From positions 15,066,001-15,130,000 of the forward strand of contig CM106585.1 of NCBI GenBank assembly GCA_048013815.1: a stretch of DNA of 64,000 nt. The letters run 5' to 3'. A program made the translations under genes and the position numbers. Positions within the stretch are counted from its first letter, which is position 1. The number at the start of each line of letters is the position of its first letter. The DNA comes from Setoptus koraiensis. Taxonomy: Eukaryota > Animalia > Arthropoda. Of the stretch, positions 59,101-64,000 are shown in pieces. Under the pieces are notes generated by a model, which ran no database searches, was not told the DNA's origin, and worked only from the letters and a program-made list of their open reading frames with translations.

Positions 59101-61752
59101 CGCTGGCTGGCTGGCCGGCTGGCTGACACACCGATCGAGCAGGATCGGCCAAAGGATAACTGGCGTGGCTATCATGCCGTCCGTAGTAGGGATAAAATAG
59201 TAATCAGAGGGTAGCGGAACGAAGACAGGTTGGACACATTCCATGTCGCTTCTTTATTTTCACTGCCCATTCACATTTATATGCCGAAAGTTGTTATTAC
59301 GCACTGCGTTGTTGTTGCCGTTGTTGCCGTTATTGCCGTTGTTGTTGCTGTTGGTGCCCATGTAACAGTGGTAGCGGATAATGAGTCGACCATCAGATCG
59401 TTTCTACTATTTGTGTGACTATTCTCTGCTATTTAATGGAAACAAATCAACTCAATCGAATCGGTCACATGTGTACTGTAATGCTACATGTTGCATAACA
59501 CAATCACATCGCAATTAATTGCACTGGCTTCATTGGGATGTGTTCGCAGCCGCGCGCTGTCTCGCTGACCGCTGGCCAGCTTCGTCTGGCTTGCTGATAG
59601 TCTGGCTTGCTGATAGTCTGGCTGGCTGATATCTGGCTAGCGAATGTCTGGCGAGCGAGCGAATTCAATTCATTTCGAGAGCTTTGGCTATTGAAAATGA
59701 ATTGAATATTCTTTGGGCAACACAATGCGCTCGCATGCCGGGGCGTGAACACCCTTGCAGAGGCGCAATAATGAACGGTAAATATCATATAATAACGTTA
59801 ATAATTAAAACAACAACAACATCAAACGAGCGAAGGGCAACGATGACACTAGATACTCAAGTTAATTGCCATTTACTCCAACACAAACACCAGTGCTCAC
59901 CTGTGAGAGCGACTGGCATTGGGCGACCAAAAAAGAAACAACCACTTGCCTTGCGCACACACACACACACACGCTCGGCTGGCTATTTGTCGTTGCTGTC
60001 GTTGTTGTTGTTGTTGTTGTTGCCGTGTATACATAATATACATCGCATTGCTAGATCACTGTTACATAATCTTGATACGTTGTAGTTGTAACAACAACAG
60101 CAATAATAGTTGTTACAAATGTGTTAGCACCATGGCGGCCAGTTAACGGAACGCACGTTGAACAAACGACATCGGCGCCGCTCAATCGATCATCGTTACA
60201 CACGCTGACGTTAGCAGCTCCACTAATTATGCCCGCTAATTAAGACACATTGGGCGCGATAATAATAGCAGCGGCATATGTCACACACACACACAATTGA
60301 TTTGGTTTGACACAATTGATTTGATTTGTCCTTGTTGAAGCGCTCGATCGCGCTCAAATGGGCGCGCTTCAGCAAGCACTATTGGGCCTGTTGCGCATGG
60401 GGCCCGGTCATTGGGCGATTCATTCATACATTACATGATTCATGAATTATGAGTCGTAATGATGGCGCGAAAATTGCGATAAAATTGCAAATTGAGCGCA
60501 CAACGGAAATCACATTGCACCGCTGGCCGCTCTCACAAGCCAGCGCAGTGTCCAGTCATTTGGCAAGCGTCAGCGCATTGGCCATACAGTGGCCATGCAG
60601 TGGCCATACAGTGGTCGTACAGTGGCCAGACTTTTGCCAATTGCGCAACAGCGTTGTCACATCACGGCGAACGGCGAACGGCGAACGGCGAACAGCGAAC
60701 AGCGCACAGTTTGACGCGCACAGGTGAGCTGACGCAACGGTGAGCGGTGGCGGCCATCGGAAGTTGTGTGTGTGTGTGTGTGTCGGGCAGCCATCAATTT
60801 ATCACATCGGCACGGCGAGTATGATAGATAGTATCCACTGACAGTTCACTCGCTCTGTTCGCTCGCCGGCTGACCCGACCGCCGGCCGCCGGCCGCACTC
60901 ACACCACCGTTTGATACATTGGCTGTCGCTCGATTGTGGCATTGTTGTTCGGCCGGCAGCAGCGACAGCAACAACAGCGCCGGCAGCCGCCGGTATCGGT
61001 TGACCTGTCGGTGTGAGGCCGGCGTGCGAGCCGAGCTGACAGCGAGTATATCGAGTATCGGGCACAATTCGTAGCAACTCGAGCAGAGCAGATACAGCCA
61101 GCGAAAGTTTGTCCGCGCGTTACGTATTCGCATTCGTATTATGCACAGTACACACATTATGCATATTATACATGCAAAATTGATTAGCTCAATTTCGCCA
61201 GCAAACCGGCTGACCTCTCGCTCTCGCTCTCGATTGCGATTTTGAGTAGCGAGTGGCCAGTGGCGAGTGGCCAGTGGCGAATGTAGAGCAACGAGGCCGC
61301 CACAAGCTCGAGCCCGTCGACACTGTCCAATCGGTTAGATCGCATGAGCTCGACAGCGACAGCAACCAATTCCATTGTTCTATTTGTTTTGGTCCGTTAT
61401 TCCTATTTTAATTAAATGCATCCACTTGGCCAGCCTCTTCAAATCGACGCGACGCGACGCGCCGCGTTCTGTGTCGTGTGCGGCCAGTTTTGGCTGGCGT
61501 GCCCTGTTGCTCGCTCGCTGTTTTGCTCGCCCTGTTGCTCTTCGCTGTGTGTTGCGTAAGATTAGATTCGGCGGTGATACAACGAGCCCCTTGACACTCG
61601 AACGCGGCCACACATTGAGAGCACAATGGACGGCACTCGACACACTTGAACTCTCGCGGCCAGACAGACGCACAAGTTGGTTGCGTGGGCGGACAAATCG
61701 AGACGAGATGACAATTGCGCCAGATTCGACCTTCACTGCCAAAACATAATAT

Positions 61753-61870
61753 CAAGATAATTCCCTGCAATAATTACCTAGGCTAATTCCCAGCGATGAT
61801 TCCCTACGATAATTCCCTACGATAATTCCCTACGATAACTCTCTGGGATAATTCCCTGGGATAATTCCGG
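61753..61870. repeat. 13-bp tandem repeat x9 (tacgataattccc-like)
   Basis: Nine degenerate units sharing the core ATAATTCCC. Confidence 0.9.
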
Positions 61871-63047
61871 GGGCTTTGTGCGCTCGGGAATTGTCTTGTC
61901 TCTGTCGGTGCTCGCTGCTCGCTGCTGTTGGTTCGCTCAGTTCGACGGTTCGACGGTTCGCCCGGTTCTCAGCAAAGCGCAAACAGTTCGCTTTCGAGAG
62001 CCTCTCAAAAGCGTGCCACTTGAAACGCACTGGCGGCCCGTGTCGACGCTATATCAGCTGCGTGCGGCCGGGCACAGCCGGCCCGTCGTCGGCCGATACC
62101 CAGGTAGGCAGGTTGATGAGAGGGCGCACGGCAAGCTCACAAATCGCTTGTCAGACAAATCAGAGCGCGCGCATATTAATTAGACTCATTACTAATGAGT
62201 CATTAGTGACTTGTTCAGCATTGATGGCGTAATGTTGGCTGGAGTTGGCTAATTGATCGGAAAAAGATGGCTGCAGTGCGCTCGGCCGAGTGTCTATTAT
62301 GCGTTGTTTATCTTGATTCATTGGCTGCTTATGCTAATAAGCCGTCCCGTGTTTGATTGACAGGCTCGCCCAGGAAGAGCCCGCCTAACCAACCAAACAG
62401 CCCATTCGAACGGCTCAACCAACGGGCCTTCTGAGAGGCTCGTGTGAGGCTTGTGTGAGTTGGTGGCCGCGAGCGGCGCCAATAGGAAACAGTAAGCTGT
62501 CGCAATAGACAGATTACAAGCGACAACTTATCGATTAGCTGTCACTCGCTTGCCGGATTGGCTCACCTGTGCATTGTCGCTATTTGTTTGCTGTAGCTGT
62601 TGGTGTTTGCTACCTGTTTTGGTGATGTTCAGCACAACACATGAGCTGTGTAACAAGTGGCTGACAATTGGCGCCACCTTGAACTGGCATAGAAATCATG
62701 GCCATAGCTCGTGCACGAACAGTGGACAAGATTAAAGATGCTATTTATAGGCCACGCATTAGCTAACTGTCGGCAACAGACCGACGACAGGTAACGTGAG
62801 CGCATAATTGTAACGGTAAATATGGTAAATATGCCACAGGTCGTCGTGTCATACATGTAGCATGATGCTGGTTGCTGTTTGCCAACAACGAAAAAATATG
62901 ACTAATGAGACAACTTGCAAAGACAATTGTCAATTGATAAGCCGGCATAAGCTACCAGCAGCGACAAACAACTCAGCCAACAAATCTCTCTCGTAAATTG
63001 ATTATCTCTCGCGCTGGCTTGCGCTGGCTCACGGCGCTCGAGCCGCA

Positions 63048-63095
63048 TTTGTCAAGGTTCATCAGGGCGATCTCACCTTGATGAACCTTGACAGA
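63048..63095 (+). other. 20-bp stem / 8-nt loop hairpin (candidate pre-miRNA or structural element)
   Basis: TTTGTCAAGGTTCATCAGGG pairs with CCTTGATGAACCTTGACAGA through 18 Watson-Crick and 2 G-U pairs on the + strand. The function is unknown. Confidence 0.5.
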
Positions 63096-63183
63096 CGAAC
63101 AGGATGGCTCCGGTCGGCGGGCCAACGCGACGAGGCAACAGGGATAAACATAGCACATAAACACGGGACGGCATTAGCATAAG

Positions 63184-63258
<75 letters not shown>

Positions 63259-63271
63259 CGTTGTTGTTGTT
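63184..63271. repeat. (GTT)n microsatellite, ~29 units
   Basis: Near-perfect run with one GTC unit. Confidence 0.96.
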
Positions 63272-64000
63272 GGCGCTGCCGTTGTTGGCGAGTCGGAAAA
63301 CGCCAACGCATTTTGTGCCTACGCGCTCGGCGACACTGTCGGCGATGCCATCACTGATACTGTCGGCGATGCTGTCGGTGATGCCGTTGGCGATAGCGCG
63401 CAGCCAAAGATAAAAGGGCCATTTTTATGCAAATCAGACTCTGCTCGCGACAAGTGTGGCGAGTTGAGCTAACAGTGGGCATTTGCATGCAAACGTGCGA
63501 CAGGTGACAGTGACTCACTACTAGTGAGACGATGCCACGAGAATGATGCGAACGAGCGCATCATCCATCAAGTTTGCCTTTTTCAGCACACATTCTCGTG
63601 GCATCGATTGACTAGCTGTCGGCGTGTGCAAACATTGACCATTTAGCCATGTCGACAGGCACTCGACTCGAGTGACTGTCGAGACGGATATAATAGTCGC
63701 CTTGAATGGCTTGTCGGACAACACAGGCAACACACAAGACAGGTAACGCGGGACAGGTAACGGGTTAACAGTGAATCATCGTGACAATCGCTGGTGTTCA
63801 CACTACCTGTCTAATGTAAAATTTAGTGACTAAATGAGCAATTGTTATTGGCAACGGGCACGCAATTTGAGATTGGTTCATCCGAGCGGCCAGTTGTCGG
63901 CGTTGATTAGCGACGAGGGCGCCACAGGTAGCTGACACAGGCCAATGATGATTCGTTGGCCAGTATTGGCCAATTTGGCCGCGCCACTCGATTATCGCGC

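Noticed and set aside
56250-64000. Short ORFs after OSBP
   Set aside because: No recognisable motif, repeat-derived composition, and no coherent exon chain could be built.

Overview
Eukaryotic (animal) genomic DNA with short, sparse GT-AG introns. It is probably from a compact-genome arthropod such as an acariform mite; this is inferred from gene structure and protein style, not from a search. Two gene-dense, AT-rich blocks are present. The first (1-30 kb) holds FIG4, a Pro/Gln/Tyr-rich protein, abLIM/unc-115, a PAN-domain type I membrane protein, a 1.65-kaa Cys-free low-complexity protein, EGLN1, a PAP2 lipid phosphatase, FIS1 and the PKA catalytic subunit core. The second (52.8-56.2 kb) holds OSBP. 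Between and after them lies GC-richer DNA full of microsatellites and short tandem duplications, which accounts for most of the short ORFs in the track. The best lead is the PKA-C locus, which appears to span about 22 kb on the minus strand. It has a canonical MGN first exon, a distal non-myristoylated first exon carrying KRRKRR, and a 5,370-nt symmetric phase-1 exon that would give a ~2,145-aa kinase. It also has two tandem-duplicated last exons, each ending in an FxxF motif. The distal splicing is predicted from phase and splice signals only. A pair of ~350-bp direct repeats with an identical 68-nt core flanks EGLN1, and several near-perfect hairpins occur. I recognised no tRNA, rRNA, CRISPR array or transposase by eye.
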